A stretch of DNA of 64,000 nucleotides, from contig CAZFCQ010000006.1 of the NCBI GenBank assembly GCA_964517845.1, positions 13,817-77,816 on the forward strand, given 5' to 3'. The notes below the pieces were generated by a model. The model was not told the DNA's origin. It was given only the letters and a program-made list of their open reading frames with translations, and ran no database searches. Each line of letters opens with the position of its first letter. Position 1 is the first letter of the stretch. The stretch is from an uncultured Thermoprotei archaeon. Its GTDB lineage: Archaea > Thermoproteota > Thermoprotei > QMSL01 > B3-G16. This document shows positions 10,529 to 21,031 of the stretch, in pieces. The position numbers and the translations under genes were made by a program.

Positions 10529-11392
10529 TCAAATCTTTGAAAGAAGTTTAAGTATATTCTTCATGCAAATCTCAGAAGCCTCTTCTCCCATAGCTGAGAA
10601 TGCTGCACCACCAGGTTTAACTATTTGTTCCTCTGTAAGCCTAATCTTAGGTCTCCAGTGGGTCTCTAGTGAAAGATATCCTATGTATCCATCCTCCTTC
10701 AAGGCTTTAAATTGCCCTAGATAATCAACATCTCCCTCTCCTACTGGTGTTGGTTCATGTTTCCCAGGTCCAAGTCTTTTACCATCCTTAATGTGAACAT
10801 GCACTATCCTTCCACGTACATATTTATATCCATCAGGATAAGGTATCTCTCCTTCTGGATCAAAAATATCATTTCCTGGATCCCATAATGCTTTTACATA
10901 TTTGTTCTCTTTTAAAGCATCAAGGAATTGAGCTAGTCTTAGTCCATTATTAACGTGAGTGCTCGGTTCATTCTCTATAGCCAGTATAACACCTTCACTC
11001 TTGATTATGTCTAGTGGTTCCCCGAATTTCTCTAGTATCTTGTCTAAATATTGCTCTAGAGGTCCTTTCCTCCAGAAGGTGAATCCGCGGATTAAATTAG
11101 TGTCAAGGCTTTTCGCTAACTCTATTACTTTCTTTAATATATCAATATGCTTCTTGTATTCCTCCTCGCTATCGAGATTCGCTTTAAAAAACGGTGATGC
11201 TATGCAACATACTTCTAAGTTGTACTTAGATAATACCTCCTTTATCTTAGGAATATCCTCTACTAAGTCTTGAGGACTTTTATTCCAAATAGTTCTTATC
11301 TCTATACCATCTAGGTTAAAGCGCTTAGCAAACTTAGCTACTCTCTCTAAGTCTTGAGAAACCTCATCGCTTATTACAGAAAGCTTAAACAT
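10529..11392 (-). CDS. Sugar phosphate isomerase/epimerase (xylose isomerase-like TIM barrel)
   Basis: 287 aa; GIEIR, AIENEP, HVHIKD motifs; second paralog in the window. Confidence 0.7.
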   Translation of the reverse strand: MFKLSVISDEVSQDLERVAKFAKRFNLDGIEIRTIWNKSPQDLVEDIPKIKEVLSKYNLEVCCIASPFFKANLDSEEEYKKHIDILKKVIELAKSLDTNLIRGFTFWRKGPLEQYLDKILEKFGEPLDIIKSEGVILAIENEPSTHVNNGLRLAQFLDALKENKYVKALWDPGNDIFDPEGEIPYPDGYKYVRGRIVHVHIKDGKRLGPGKHEPTPVGEGDVDYLGQFKALKEDGYIGYLSLETHWRPKIRLTEEQIVKPGGAAFSAMGEEASEICMKNILKLLSKI

Positions 11393-11414
11393 AAGCTAAC
11401 ACCTGCAGATATTA

Positions 11415-11912
11415 TTGTTCGATAAATTAATTAGATTTACTCATCTTGACTCTTTAATAGCTAGGTTAGTTTCTAATGGGATAACTATGAGAGTAGATGG
11501 ACGTGTACTCGTTAAAAAGCTTCTTAAAGACAAGAAGGCTTCATTAATTGTAGTTAAAGAGGGGAACATACTTTATGTTGGCTACAATCATGGATTACGC
11601 GACTTAGCATTTCTAATAAGAAGCTCACCTCGAATGTTAAATAGAGCTTATATAGCAGACAAAGTAGTAGGCAAAGCAGCTGCTATAATATTGACATATC
11701 ATAAGGTAAGCTATGTTTATGCTCTCGTATTGAGTAAATATGGCTTAAAGGTTCTTGCGCAAGAAGGAATCCCTTATGAATATGAAGAGCTAGTATCAAG
11801 CATTAGGAATCCTAAAGGAGATCTATGTCCCTTTGAAAGATTAGTTCTTGATATCGATGACTTAGAAGAAGCTTATAACATCCTCATTAAAGAATTAATG
11901 AAATTTAACTAA
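11415..11912 (+). CDS. Small conserved protein, possibly DUF1893/TM1506-like
   Basis: 165 aa; ADKVVGKAAA motif recalled from the TM1506 family; recognition from memory, so weak. Confidence 0.35.
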   Translation: MFDKLIRFTHLDSLIARLVSNGITMRVDGRVLVKKLLKDKKASLIVVKEGNILYVGYNHGLRDLAFLIRSSPRMLNRAYIADKVVGKAAAIILTYHKVSYVYALVLSKYGLKVLAQEGIPYEYEELVSSIRNPKGDLCPFERLVLDIDDLEEAYNILIKELMKFN

Positions 11913-11948
11913 GATTGTGTTGTTAATTAATTTCTATCTCCTTCCCTC

Positions 11949-13826
11949 CTAGTATAGTTCTACACCCAATTCATCACATTTCCTCTTAACGAGTTCATAG
12001 ATTCCTAGTTCCTCTAGCTTCTCTTTTGTAGGTATTCCTCTCTCGTTCCAACCTCTATATTCATAGTACTCTTTTAACATTACTTTAAGTTCAACTATTT
12101 GGCCCTTAGCGCCACCATCTTCTAACGGCTCCTTAAGGAATCGTTCAGGTAATGTATCGTCTTCTTTCACTATTCCAGCTAAGACGTTGAATATCCTTTT
12201 TAGGTTGAATATTCTCTCTCCGTCTCTCTGAAGATCCATCACTCTCTTTACGATGCCTGAAGCTAGTGAATAAAATCCAGCTACATGTCCTGGATATATT
12301 TGCACAAACTTACATAATCCTAGAGATTCTAAAACTTCATGCCAATCTTCCATAACAGCAACCATCCATCCTTTATCCTTAGTTTCAAATCTGTAAACTC
12401 TACGATAAATCTTAAGATCGGGTATTCTTTCACCTTGCTCTATTCTAAAGAATGTGCCTTGAAGGTGACAAGCTCCTCTATTTGAAGTTGCGTACTGGAG
12501 TCCCATGCCTTTAAAAGCACGGGGATCATGCATAGGTACTTCAAGTCCTTTAACGTGCATTGCATACTTTTCAGTTCCCTTTCCTATTATGGACGAAGCT
12601 AGCCTACAACCCTCTCCTAAAATTGCTCCGAATCCTTCTTTCTTGGCTATCATCTCAATAAGTCTTATTATTAACTCTGGATCACCCCAACGAAGTTCTA
12701 TTCCGTTAGTATCCTCCTTACTTATTAAACCTCTTTCATAAGATTCTATAGCCCATGCAATTGTTACACCAACTGATATAGTATCAATACCGTAATCATT
12801 ACATAGTCTCTCTAGATATATCAAAGACTCTGGATCATCATTGAGAAGTAAGGCACCTAATGAAGCGGCAGTTTCGTATTCTGGAGCCCTTCCTTCAACT
12901 CCTGCATATTTACCACTGCTTATTTTAACCACTTTCCAGCATCCTACAGGACATGCAAAACATGCCTTGTGTTCTTTTAGGTAATTACCTATTATCTTTC
13001 TTCCCTCTATTTTATGTATACCATCCCATGTACCTTTCGTGAAGTTTTTTATGGGAACATCGCCGTATTCATAGAATGATAACATTTCACCGTTAGTCCC
13101 ATATGATGCTAAGATTTGATTAGGAGGATACGACATTATCATAGGGTAAAGCCTTGCTATATTCCTTCTTAATAACTGCAAGTTCTTAATTTTAATAGTA
13201 TTTGTACCTCTTACTGCAATAGCTTTGAGATTTTTAGAACCCATTACTGCACCCATTCCTGTCCTTCCAGCTACCCTTTCATCACTTAAAATGGCTGCGA
13301 ATCTAACGAGATTCTCCCCCGCTGGACCGATACATGCGATTCGTACCTTTTCGTCATTAACCTCCTTTCTAATAGCTTCCTCTGTTTCTCTAGTAGTAAG
13401 TCCCCATAGTTTACCTGCATCTCTAATCTCTATATTATCGTTATTAATGAATATATAGACGGGTGTCTTAGCTTGTCCTTCTATTATTATACCATCATAT
13501 CCTGCTTTTTTAAGCTCAGGTCCCCAAAATCCTCCAAAATGTGCTTCTCCCCAGGCTAAAGTTAGGGGAGACTTTGCAGCAACAATAGACCTTGAAGCTC
13601 CTGGTATAGGCGTTCCGGTTAAGGCTCCTGTCATGAAGACTAATTTATTATTTTCATCAAAAGGATCTATGCGTGGATCTACTTCCTCGAATATTATCTT
13701 AGTAGCTAGTCCTATACCTCCTAAGAATGCTCTGATGTCTTCTTCGTTTAACTCTTCAATTGAAAACTTTTCTTTAGAAAGATTTATTCTTAACAATTTA
13801 CCAGCATAAGCAAACCATTCCTTCAT
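11949..13826 (-). CDS. aor: Tungsten-type aldehyde:ferredoxin oxidoreductase (AOR family)
   Basis: 625 aa; AOR N-terminal domain (LRINLS...LGGIGL), conserved pterin/4Fe-4S region CFACPVGC and the AOR C-terminal domain. Confidence 0.9.
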   Translation of the reverse strand: MKEWFAYAGKLLRINLSKEKFSIEELNEEDIRAFLGGIGLATKIIFEEVDPRIDPFDENNKLVFMTGALTGTPIPGASRSIVAAKSPLTLAWGEAHFGGFWGPELKKAGYDGIIIEGQAKTPVYIFINNDNIEIRDAGKLWGLTTRETEEAIRKEVNDEKVRIACIGPAGENLVRFAAILSDERVAGRTGMGAVMGSKNLKAIAVRGTNTIKIKNLQLLRRNIARLYPMIMSYPPNQILASYGTNGEMLSFYEYGDVPIKNFTKGTWDGIHKIEGRKIIGNYLKEHKACFACPVGCWKVVKISSGKYAGVEGRAPEYETAASLGALLLNDDPESLIYLERLCNDYGIDTISVGVTIAWAIESYERGLISKEDTNGIELRWGDPELIIRLIEMIAKKEGFGAILGEGCRLASSIIGKGTEKYAMHVKGLEVPMHDPRAFKGMGLQYATSNRGACHLQGTFFRIEQGERIPDLKIYRRVYRFETKDKGWMVAVMEDWHEVLESLGLCKFVQIYPGHVAGFYSLASGIVKRVMDLQRDGERIFNLKRIFNVLAGIVKEDDTLPERFLKEPLEDGGAKGQIVELKVMLKEYYEYRGWNERGIPTKEKLEELGIYELVKRKCDELGVELY

Positions 13827-13846
13827 GGTGAGTCAGCTCTTTCTAT

Positions 13847-14512
13847 TTATTTTAATCCATAAAGTCTAGTAATAAGCTCTCTATCTTTCTCAGGTATGAG
13901 AGGTAGCTCTTTCTTACCGCTTGTAAGTATTGCTACTAATTGAGTAAGCGCTACTTCCTCTAGAGTTTCAACTACGGCCTCAGCCTCTACTAAGTTATAT
14001 CCTACTGCTACAACACCATGATTTTGAAGGACTAATGCTCTAACTCCTTCTATGTGGTCGGCAACAAGCTTTGCTAACTCATCAGTACCCGGATATGCAA
14101 AGGGTACTATTGGTACACGCCTTAAAGTTACAACAGCTTCTACTGTTATTGGTTTTAACTCTATTCCAGCTAAGGCTAAGCCTGTAGTTATTGGATTATG
14201 TGCATGTATAACAGCATTAACGTCTGGTCTTTTCTTGTATATAGCGATGTGTAGTGGCCATTCGACAGATGGTCTAAGATAGCCCTCGAGTATATTGCCT
14301 TCTAGATCTATCTTTATTAAGTCCTCTGAATGGAGATCGCCTTTAAACACACCACTAGGTGTAATCCATACTTCTTTAGAGCCTGGAAGTCTAGCACTTA
14401 CGTTACCGCCTAGTGCTGAGACAAGTCCTCTATCATATAATGTTTTCATGACTCTTATTATCTCCGTTTTTACTTCATCTTCACTAAAAAGAGCTTCAGA
14501 CATACGGATCAC
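13847..14512 (-). CDS. Class II aldolase/adducin family protein (L-fuculose-phosphate aldolase-like)
   Basis: 221 aa; GNVSAR, IHAHNP/QNHGVVAVG metal-binding His motifs of class II aldolases. Confidence 0.8.
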   Translation of the reverse strand: MIRMSEALFSEDEVKTEIIRVMKTLYDRGLVSALGGNVSARLPGSKEVWITPSGVFKGDLHSEDLIKIDLEGNILEGYLRPSVEWPLHIAIYKKRPDVNAVIHAHNPITTGLALAGIELKPITVEAVVTLRRVPIVPFAYPGTDELAKLVADHIEGVRALVLQNHGVVAVGYNLVEAEAVVETLEEVALTQLVAILTSGKKELPLIPEKDRELITRLYGLK

Positions 14513-14629
14513 CGAGAAGAATAATACATTCCAGTCTACAAAAGTCTTTATAACGTCTCTTGATTACGTCATTTCCTTTTAGTTCATATAAGGATAAAAA
14601 GAAATTCTTACTGAATCCACTTTTGGTGA

Positions 14630-15067
14630 GTGTTAATGAAATTAGTAAGTAAAAAACTCTATGTGAGATCAAAGAAAAGAATGGAGCTAATAAACATAAC
14701 TCATATGGTAAGAGAGATAGTCAAGCATAGCAATATTAAAGATGGTTTATGCCTTATATTCAGCCTCCATACTACCTCAGCTCTTCTAATGAACGAAGAT
14801 GAATCTGGCTTAAAGCAAGATATAATAGACTTCCTTAGATTAATAGTCCCTGAAAATAGAGAATATCATCACCATCATTACCTATACAAAGATGGTAGAA
14901 TGGCAGTTAATGCATGGGCTCATCTAAGGAGTATACTTCTAGGCCTATTTTTAGTAATACCTGTGAAAGATGGTGACCTGCTACTAGGAGGTAGAGAAAG
15001 CATATACTTTGTAGAGCTCGATGGACCTCAGGAAAGGAATATAGTAGTGCAGGTATGGGGTGTTTAA
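14630..15067 (+). CDS. YjbQ/UPF0047 family protein (secondary thiamine-phosphate synthase-like)
   Basis: 145 aa; HTTSALLMNE and GDLLLGGRESIYFVELDGP fit the YjbQ signature. Confidence 0.65.
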   Translation: MLMKLVSKKLYVRSKKRMELINITHMVREIVKHSNIKDGLCLIFSLHTTSALLMNEDESGLKQDIIDFLRLIVPENREYHHHHYLYKDGRMAVNAWAHLRSILLGLFLVIPVKDGDLLLGGRESIYFVELDGPQERNIVVQVWGV

Positions 15068-15107
15068 TCTAGCTCGTTTGCTTAAAGATAAAGAATTTTA
15101 AATTATG

Positions 15108-16280
15108 TTACTTTTTAAGACTAAAGAACTTTGCAAAGGGCGAAAGATTCTTTACCCCTTTCTTAAGAACTATTACATCATCCTCTAGTCTAATTCCAAA
15201 GTTCTTAGTATAAAGACCCGGTTCAACTGTATGAACCATATTCTCCTTAAGTATATCCTTAGATGCTGGATGTAATGCTGGAAGCTCATGTATCCGTAAT
15301 CCAATGCCATGCCCTAATCTGTGAGGATAATAGCTACTGTATCCCTTATTAGATATATACTCTCTTACAACCCTATCCGCTTCCTTAGCTGAGATTCCAT
15401 CTTTTATGTTTTTAAAAGCTACCTCTTGGGCCTCTACTATTGTACTATACATTTCTTCCTGCTCTTTAGTTGGTGTTCCTAAAACCCAAGTTCTGGTGAT
15501 ATCCGTCCAATAACCATCAGCACAAACATTGAATTCAAGTAAAATTACATCCCCCTTTCTTATCCGTCTTCCACTAGAGATATTGAAAGGATACCATGCC
15601 TTAGAGGAATTTTCTCCACTCATAACGAAAGCAAAACCACGTGCTCTCTCGACCTCCCCTTTGAATCCTACTCCTTCTGCATATATAGCCCGCTCAGCTT
15701 CTGCTGCTAGTTCACTCTCTTTTACTCCTTCTTCAATTTTTTCAAGAAGTGCTTCAATTCCTATTTCAGCTAGTTCATTAGCTAATCTTATTTTACGTAA
15801 TTCATATTCGCTTTTCACCATTCTAAGCTTAAGTAGCATATCCGTTATGTCTACCATCTCTACATTCCAAGCTTTCCTTATAGTCTCGAAGGTAAGGGAG
15901 CTCGGATAATTCAACTCTCCTACTACGCTATTAGTGGACATAGTCTCCCAATTAAGCTCACAACCTGCTCTAGTACCCTTTGGTATTTCAATATCCTTGA
16001 GTATATTGTAGATCTCATTAAGAGGATGCCATATCTCACTTAGAGTCTCCGTCCCATAAACTCTTATATCTCTTACCCATCCTTTTTCTGCATACTCCTC
16101 CTCTGATTTAGGTACTATTAATATAGGTTCTCCTTCACGTGGGAAGAGTAATAGTGAAAGCCCCATTACAGGCCAATAACCCGATAGGTAAAGGACATTC
16201 TCAGGGAGCCGAAGTATCATTATGTCTATATTTCGTTTTTCCATTTCCTTTTTGATATGGTATATTTTCTCTTGGTACAT
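15108..16280 (-). CDS. M24 family Xaa-Pro aminopeptidase/prolidase
   Basis: 390 aa; creatinase-like N-domain plus pita-bread metal ligands (DGYWTDITRT, HGIGL, VEPGLY, IRLEDD). Confidence 0.85.
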   Translation of the reverse strand: MYQEKIYHIKKEMEKRNIDIMILRLPENVLYLSGYWPVMGLSLLLFPREGEPILIVPKSEEEYAEKGWVRDIRVYGTETLSEIWHPLNEIYNILKDIEIPKGTRAGCELNWETMSTNSVVGELNYPSSLTFETIRKAWNVEMVDITDMLLKLRMVKSEYELRKIRLANELAEIGIEALLEKIEEGVKESELAAEAERAIYAEGVGFKGEVERARGFAFVMSGENSSKAWYPFNISSGRRIRKGDVILLEFNVCADGYWTDITRTWVLGTPTKEQEEMYSTIVEAQEVAFKNIKDGISAKEADRVVREYISNKGYSSYYPHRLGHGIGLRIHELPALHPASKDILKENMVHTVEPGLYTKNFGIRLEDDVIVLKKGVKNLSPFAKFFSLKK

Positions 16281-16362
16281 TCTCCCCCCTTGATCTTTTG
16301 TATCTTAACGTTTTATCCTTTCATGAAATGTCCTTCATGGAATCTTAAACCCTTAATTTAAA

Positions 16363-17481
16363 ATGAATGAATCTATAAGTAGGGATGTGTCTATGCCTCA
16401 AAGAAGAATGAAAGCTGCGGTCTTGGAAGCTCCAGGAAAGCTTATTCTAAAAGAAGTACCTATACCGAGGCTTAAACCTGATGAAGTGCTAATAAAAGTT
16501 GGCGCTTGTGGTATCTGTGGTAGTGATGTCAGATATTATTTGGGAGAAAATCCTTGGTCTCTTCATACACTAGGTATAGAGGAGAGTATGCCACCTAATA
16601 CCATATTAGGACATGAGGTTGCAGGAGAGATAATTGAAGTCGGTTCCTCATCTTTTAAGAGTAGGTTAGGTGAACGGGTAGGAATAATAGCATTCAAATC
16701 CTGTGGTAAATGTTACTACTGTCGAAGGGGACTTCATAATCTATGTAAGGAGATGTTACATATAGGGCATGATGGTAGATGGCATGATGTAGATTATATT
16801 CCTGGTGGTTATGCAGAATATATGCCTGTTTGGGAGGATAAAGCTCATCCAATCCCCCAAAATATAAGTTTTGAAGAAGCTACTCAACTAGATGGTCTTG
16901 CTGTAGCTGTTCATGCAGTCAATAGAGCTCGTATACTTCCTGGAGAATCTATCGCCATCATAGGCATGGGGCCAATAGGTTTAATGGTATTGCAAGTCGC
17001 GAAAAATGTTGGTGCAACAGATACTATCGCTATTGATATTCGGGAAAAACCCTTAGAAGTAGCATCCAAGCTAGGTGCTGATATAACGCTTAATGGAAAA
17101 GAGAAAGATATCGTCAAAGATATTCTCAAAGAAACTGATGGTGAGGGTGTAAACGTAGTGTTTGATACTGTAGGGAATGAAAATACTGTAATGCAAGGCT
17201 TAAGCATGTTAGCTCGAGGAGGGCGTCTCATATTAGTAGCTCTTTCGAAGAGAAAAATAACCTTAGATCTAACGTTATTTAGTGGAGAACGACTAATGAC
17301 CTCATCAGCTAACAATCTTTATCATGAGTACACAATTGCTGTTGAACTTCTTTCTCATAACAGAGTAAGGGTACGCCCCTTTATTACTCATATATTTTCG
17401 CTTGATGAGATAGAAGAAGCGTTCAAAATAGCACTTAACAAAGAAGCCTATGATGCTATTAAAGTAGTGATCAAACCTTAA
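16363..17481 (+). CDS. Zinc-dependent alcohol dehydrogenase (MDR family, threonine/sorbitol dehydrogenase-like)
   Basis: 372 aa; catalytic Zn site GICGSD, structural Zn CGKCYYC, Rossmann GMGPIGL. The true start is probably ATG 16390 or 16405 (MKAAVLE): a TATA-like ttaatttaaa sits at 16353-16362. Confidence 0.85.
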   Translation: MNESISRDVSMPQRRMKAAVLEAPGKLILKEVPIPRLKPDEVLIKVGACGICGSDVRYYLGENPWSLHTLGIEESMPPNTILGHEVAGEIIEVGSSSFKSRLGERVGIIAFKSCGKCYYCRRGLHNLCKEMLHIGHDGRWHDVDYIPGGYAEYMPVWEDKAHPIPQNISFEEATQLDGLAVAVHAVNRARILPGESIAIIGMGPIGLMVLQVAKNVGATDTIAIDIREKPLEVASKLGADITLNGKEKDIVKDILKETDGEGVNVVFDTVGNENTVMQGLSMLARGGRLILVALSKRKITLDLTLFSGERLMTSSANNLYHEYTIAVELLSHNRVRVRPFITHIFSLDEIEEAFKIALNKEAYDAIKVVIKP

Positions 17482-18430
17482 TCTTCTTCTTTCTAGTATT
17501 TTTCATAAATTGTATAACTTCCTCTATGCTCTTTGGTCCCTCCATAGGACCAAAATTAGTAACCTTTATAGCTCCTACTGCATTAGCGAACTCTAAGCTC
17601 TGCCTTATGCTCCATCCCTTTATAAGACCCACGATAAAGCCTCCATCGAATACGTCTCCTGCACCAGTGGGATCCACTTCATTTACGTTATATGCAGGTT
17701 CATATATTACCTCATTTTCAGTAATAACAAGAGACCCCTTCTCTCCTCTTTTAATTACTACCATTTCGACTCCTCGTTTAAGAAGATCATTACCTGCCTC
17801 TATTAGATTCTCTTTACCTGTGAGTGCCTGTATCTCTTTTTCACTAGGCATGATAATGTCGCATAACGCTATTACTGGAGCACAGATTTTACGTATTATT
17901 TTAATATCAAGAAGTTCAGGTCGTAAATTCGGATCAAAAGTTACAGTTATACCTCTCTTCTTAGCCTCTCTAGCGGCTTTATAGCATGCTTCACGGCTAC
18001 TATCGCTTACAGAAAGAGAAGATCCCATTATATGAACAAATTTAGCAGTGGCTATGTAATCTGGATCTACATCGCTTGGAGATAATTGTCCCGCTGCAGA
18101 ATGTCTCAGGTGAAAAACAAATCTTCTATCACCACTACTATAATACATGACAAAAGCTGTACCAGTAGTATACCCCTTTAGTACTCTTAAGTACCTTATA
18201 TCAACTTTATCCTTCCTAAGCCTATTAATTAACATTTTACCAAAATCATCCTCACCAACAACTCCTATAAATCCTGAGCTAATTCCTAGCCTAGCAACAG
18301 CATCTATGAAGATAGCAGGAGCCCCGCTAGGATAAGGACCTAAATATACTCCCGATGTATAATGAGGTACATCTTTTTCTTTACGCATTATTTCAACAAG
18401 TATCTCACCCAATGCTATGACATCAGGCAC
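17471..18430 (-). CDS. PfkB family carbohydrate kinase (ribokinase-like; possibly 2-keto-3-deoxygluconate kinase)
   Basis: 319 aa; GGAP N-terminal motif and PfkB C-terminal signature DPTGAGDVFDGGF. Confidence 0.8.
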   Translation of the reverse strand: MPDVIALGEILVEIMRKEKDVPHYTSGVYLGPYPSGAPAIFIDAVARLGISSGFIGVVGEDDFGKMLINRLRKDKVDIRYLRVLKGYTTGTAFVMYYSSGDRRFVFHLRHSAAGQLSPSDVDPDYIATAKFVHIMGSSLSVSDSSREACYKAAREAKKRGITVTFDPNLRPELLDIKIIRKICAPVIALCDIIMPSEKEIQALTGKENLIEAGNDLLKRGVEMVVIKRGEKGSLVITENEVIYEPAYNVNEVDPTGAGDVFDGGFIVGLIKGWSIRQSLEFANAVGAIKVTNFGPMEGPKSIEEVIQFMKNTRKKKIKV

Positions 18431-18519
18431 CCTTCTCCCCAGTTAATATAACTATCCCAAAATGAAGCTTTAAGTTATACCTTTAAGACATTCTTCCCTA
18501 ATCCTTTAATCCTTAAATC

Positions 18520-19407
18520 TTGAGCTACATAATAAAAAGTGGGTTACCGGGGATGAAGGGTATTATTGATATCCACTTCCATCCTGTATTGGTAAAAGAG
18601 GCTATTGAAAAAGATAAGAATCTGCTTTATGCAGCTAGAAATATCTTCAATATAGGAATAGGTGTACAGCCTCTAGAAGTACTACTATCTGCTATGGATT
18701 CTGCTGGAGTAAATAAGGTAGTACTTCTTGCACTAGATTGTAGCTCAAAGAGTGGATATAAAATTCCATCTAATGATATAGTAGCTTGGCTTGTAGATCA
18801 AGCTAGTGATAGGCTTATAGGCTTTGCTAGCGTAGATCCTAATAAGCCTGAAAGTGCTGTTAAAGAGCTCGAAAGGGCAGTTAATGAGCTGGGCCTTAGA
18901 GGTTTAAAGCTATCTCCTCCACTTCAAGGCTTTATACCTAATGATAAGAAAGTTTATCCAATATATGCCAAGGCACAAGAATTAGGCATTCCTGTTCTCA
19001 TACATACTGGATTCTCTTACGTTAAGGGCATAAGTCTTAACACTTGTAATCCTTTGTTGTTAGAGGATATCATTATTCAGTTTCCTAAATTAAAGATAAT
19101 CTTAGCCCATATGGGTTGGCCTTGGGTATGGGAAGCAGTACTCCTAGCAATGAAATATCCTAATGTTTACATAGATACCGCGAACATCTTTACTGGTACA
19201 CCTACTGAACATTTTGATTTCGTCTTCTCTAAGATGGTTCCCTTACGCATGGTTGAAAGATTCATTGCAGAGAAAGTAATATTCGGATCTGATTATCCTA
19301 GAATAGAAATCGATAAAATGATTAACGCAATTATGAAACTGCCTTTGAGTGAGAGAGCGAAAGAACTCATATTTTGTTCTAATGCTATGCGGCTTCTAAG
19401 TCTATGA
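18520..19407 (+). CDS. Amidohydrolase-2 family metal-dependent hydrolase (TIM barrel)
   Basis: 295 aa; IDIHFH metal-binding start, HTGF and ILAHMGWPW motifs typical of amidohydrolase_2/ACMSD-like enzymes. Confidence 0.7.
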   Translation: MSYIIKSGLPGMKGIIDIHFHPVLVKEAIEKDKNLLYAARNIFNIGIGVQPLEVLLSAMDSAGVNKVVLLALDCSSKSGYKIPSNDIVAWLVDQASDRLIGFASVDPNKPESAVKELERAVNELGLRGLKLSPPLQGFIPNDKKVYPIYAKAQELGIPVLIHTGFSYVKGISLNTCNPLLLEDIIIQFPKLKIILAHMGWPWVWEAVLLAMKYPNVYIDTANIFTGTPTEHFDFVFSKMVPLRMVERFIAEKVIFGSDYPRIEIDKMINAIMKLPLSERAKELIFCSNAMRLLSL

Positions 19408-19441
19408 CTCGCTTTATTTAAAAGCCCTCTGGAGATGGTCC

Positions 19442-19993
19442 ATGACCAAACGACTCTCAGAACGAATTGCTATGACCTCCTTAATGGCAGCTATATCTAT
19501 CATATGTGAGTTCTTACCTTTAGATATACCTTTCCCTCTTATGCCTAGACTAACATTTGATCCTACAGGAATACCTTTAGCTTTACTTACTTTATTATAT
19601 GGTCTTAAAGAGGGCACTATAGCTACAGTAATAACAGCTTTCATAATTTCTATGCCTCGTCCTCCATTTAGAGGTCCAAATCCCTTTGGTGGTTTAATGA
19701 AAGGGATAGCTGAATTATCAACAATAGCTGGCATTCCTCTTTCTAAATCTCTATTTAGGAGACATAGACGTTTATTTCTTCCTTCTCTTCTTTTAGTTTG
19801 TTCTACCATGCGTGTTCTAAGTATGAGTATTGCTAATTATCTCCTACTCCCTCTCTTCCTTAAATTACCTGTCAATATAGTAGTGAGTCTAATGATACCT
19901 ATAGCGATATTCAATCTTATACAGGCTCTGATAAACATCACGGTTGCAATCTCTCTTCAGTACAAAGTTCTTTACTTCATACAAAGAAGATAA
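19442..19993 (+). CDS. Small integral membrane protein (ECF S-component/QueT-like?)
   Basis: 183 aa, ~5 TM helices; preferred over the overlapping antisense ORF 19414..19809, which has low-complexity basic composition. Confidence 0.45.
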   Translation: MTKRLSERIAMTSLMAAISIICEFLPLDIPFPLMPRLTFDPTGIPLALLTLLYGLKEGTIATVITAFIISMPRPPFRGPNPFGGLMKGIAELSTIAGIPLSKSLFRRHRRLFLPSLLLVCSTMRVLSMSIANYLLLPLFLKLPVNIVVSLMIPIAIFNLIQALINITVAISLQYKVLYFIQRR

Positions 19994-20074
19994 TACAAAC
20001 GTTAAAGCATTTATCTCATAGTCCATAAAACATGACAATCGTCCTAAATGGTATAAAAGAGAAAAATTAGACTA

Positions 20075-20839
20075 TTATCTAAAGAGCCATTTTTCCTTAC
20101 GCATGTTAAGCTCTTTTGCAGTAGCATCTTCATCTTTCTCATAGCTTAATCCCTTCACTATCACAACAGGTATCCCTTCAGCTCCATTTCCCATTACCAG
20201 CTCAGCTGCGGCTGCTATCTCGTCAGCAATTGCTATTCTCTTTATCCTTAACGTATATCCGAATAGATCTTGTTTCCCTCTATAATCCTTAAAGGGTCTT
20301 ATTCCTGAAAGCCCAATAGCAAAGTCTACATGTCCTTCTCTTAAAGGTCTACCATAAGTATCGGTTATAATTACTGCAACATCCTTTCCAGTAAGTATTT
20401 TTATTCGCTTCCTTATTCTTTTAGCTGCTTCATCAGGATTCTCTGGTAGTAAGAGTACTATATCCCTACTTCCTGCTACATTTGATCTATCTATACCAGC
20501 ATTAGCGCAGGCAACACCGTGTTTTGTTAGAACTATGATATGCCTAGGAGTAAGTTTCAATACTTCCTTTGTCTCTCTCAATATTAGCTCTATGAGTCTA
20601 GGATCTTTATTAGCTATTTTAGAAATTTCAATAGTTCTAGGAGAAGGTACAACATCCTTTAACTTAATGACTCTACCTAAGGCTTTAGCTATTATCTTAG
20701 AGGCGATGACTATGATATCGCCCTCTTCTATCCTTATTCCTTCTTTCTTAGCGGCCTCTACTATTACCTTAGCTACATCATCACCTTCCTTTATAACACC
20801 TATAGACTCAAGTCCTATTAAGGTCACCTTACGTGCCAT
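20075..20839 (-). CDS. cofE: Coenzyme F420-0:L-glutamate ligase (CofE) family protein
   Basis: 254 aa; CofE-like pattern ASKIIAKA, ACANAGID-SN, ITDTYGRP. Confidence 0.7.
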   Translation of the reverse strand: MARKVTLIGLESIGVIKEGDDVAKVIVEAAKKEGIRIEEGDIIVIASKIIAKALGRVIKLKDVVPSPRTIEISKIANKDPRLIELILRETKEVLKLTPRHIIVLTKHGVACANAGIDRSNVAGSRDIVLLLPENPDEAAKRIRKRIKILTGKDVAVIITDTYGRPLREGHVDFAIGLSGIRPFKDYRGKQDLFGYTLRIKRIAIADEIAAAAELVMGNGAEGIPVVIVKGLSYEKDEDATAKELNMRKEKWLFR

Positions 20840-21031
20840 CTCACAATACCTCTTCGTATCGCTTTTTGAAGTATTTATAGACTAATTGGTACTCTTCGTC
20901 TAAAAAAGGAATAGGCTTTCTAGTCTTGTTCATAAAAACTTTTATAGGTCTCTTTCTCTGTAGTGCTTTTAGATGGCTATTTTATTCTTTTCACGAAATA
21001 CTTATATCTAAAGTAGAGTAACTATCAATAT

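Noticed and set aside
19414-19809. Antisense ORF (131 aa, minus strand) overlapping the small membrane protein
   Set aside because: Translation is low-complexity, Gly/Lys/Arg-rich and non-protein-like. The plus-strand ORF is longer and gives a coherent multi-TM protein
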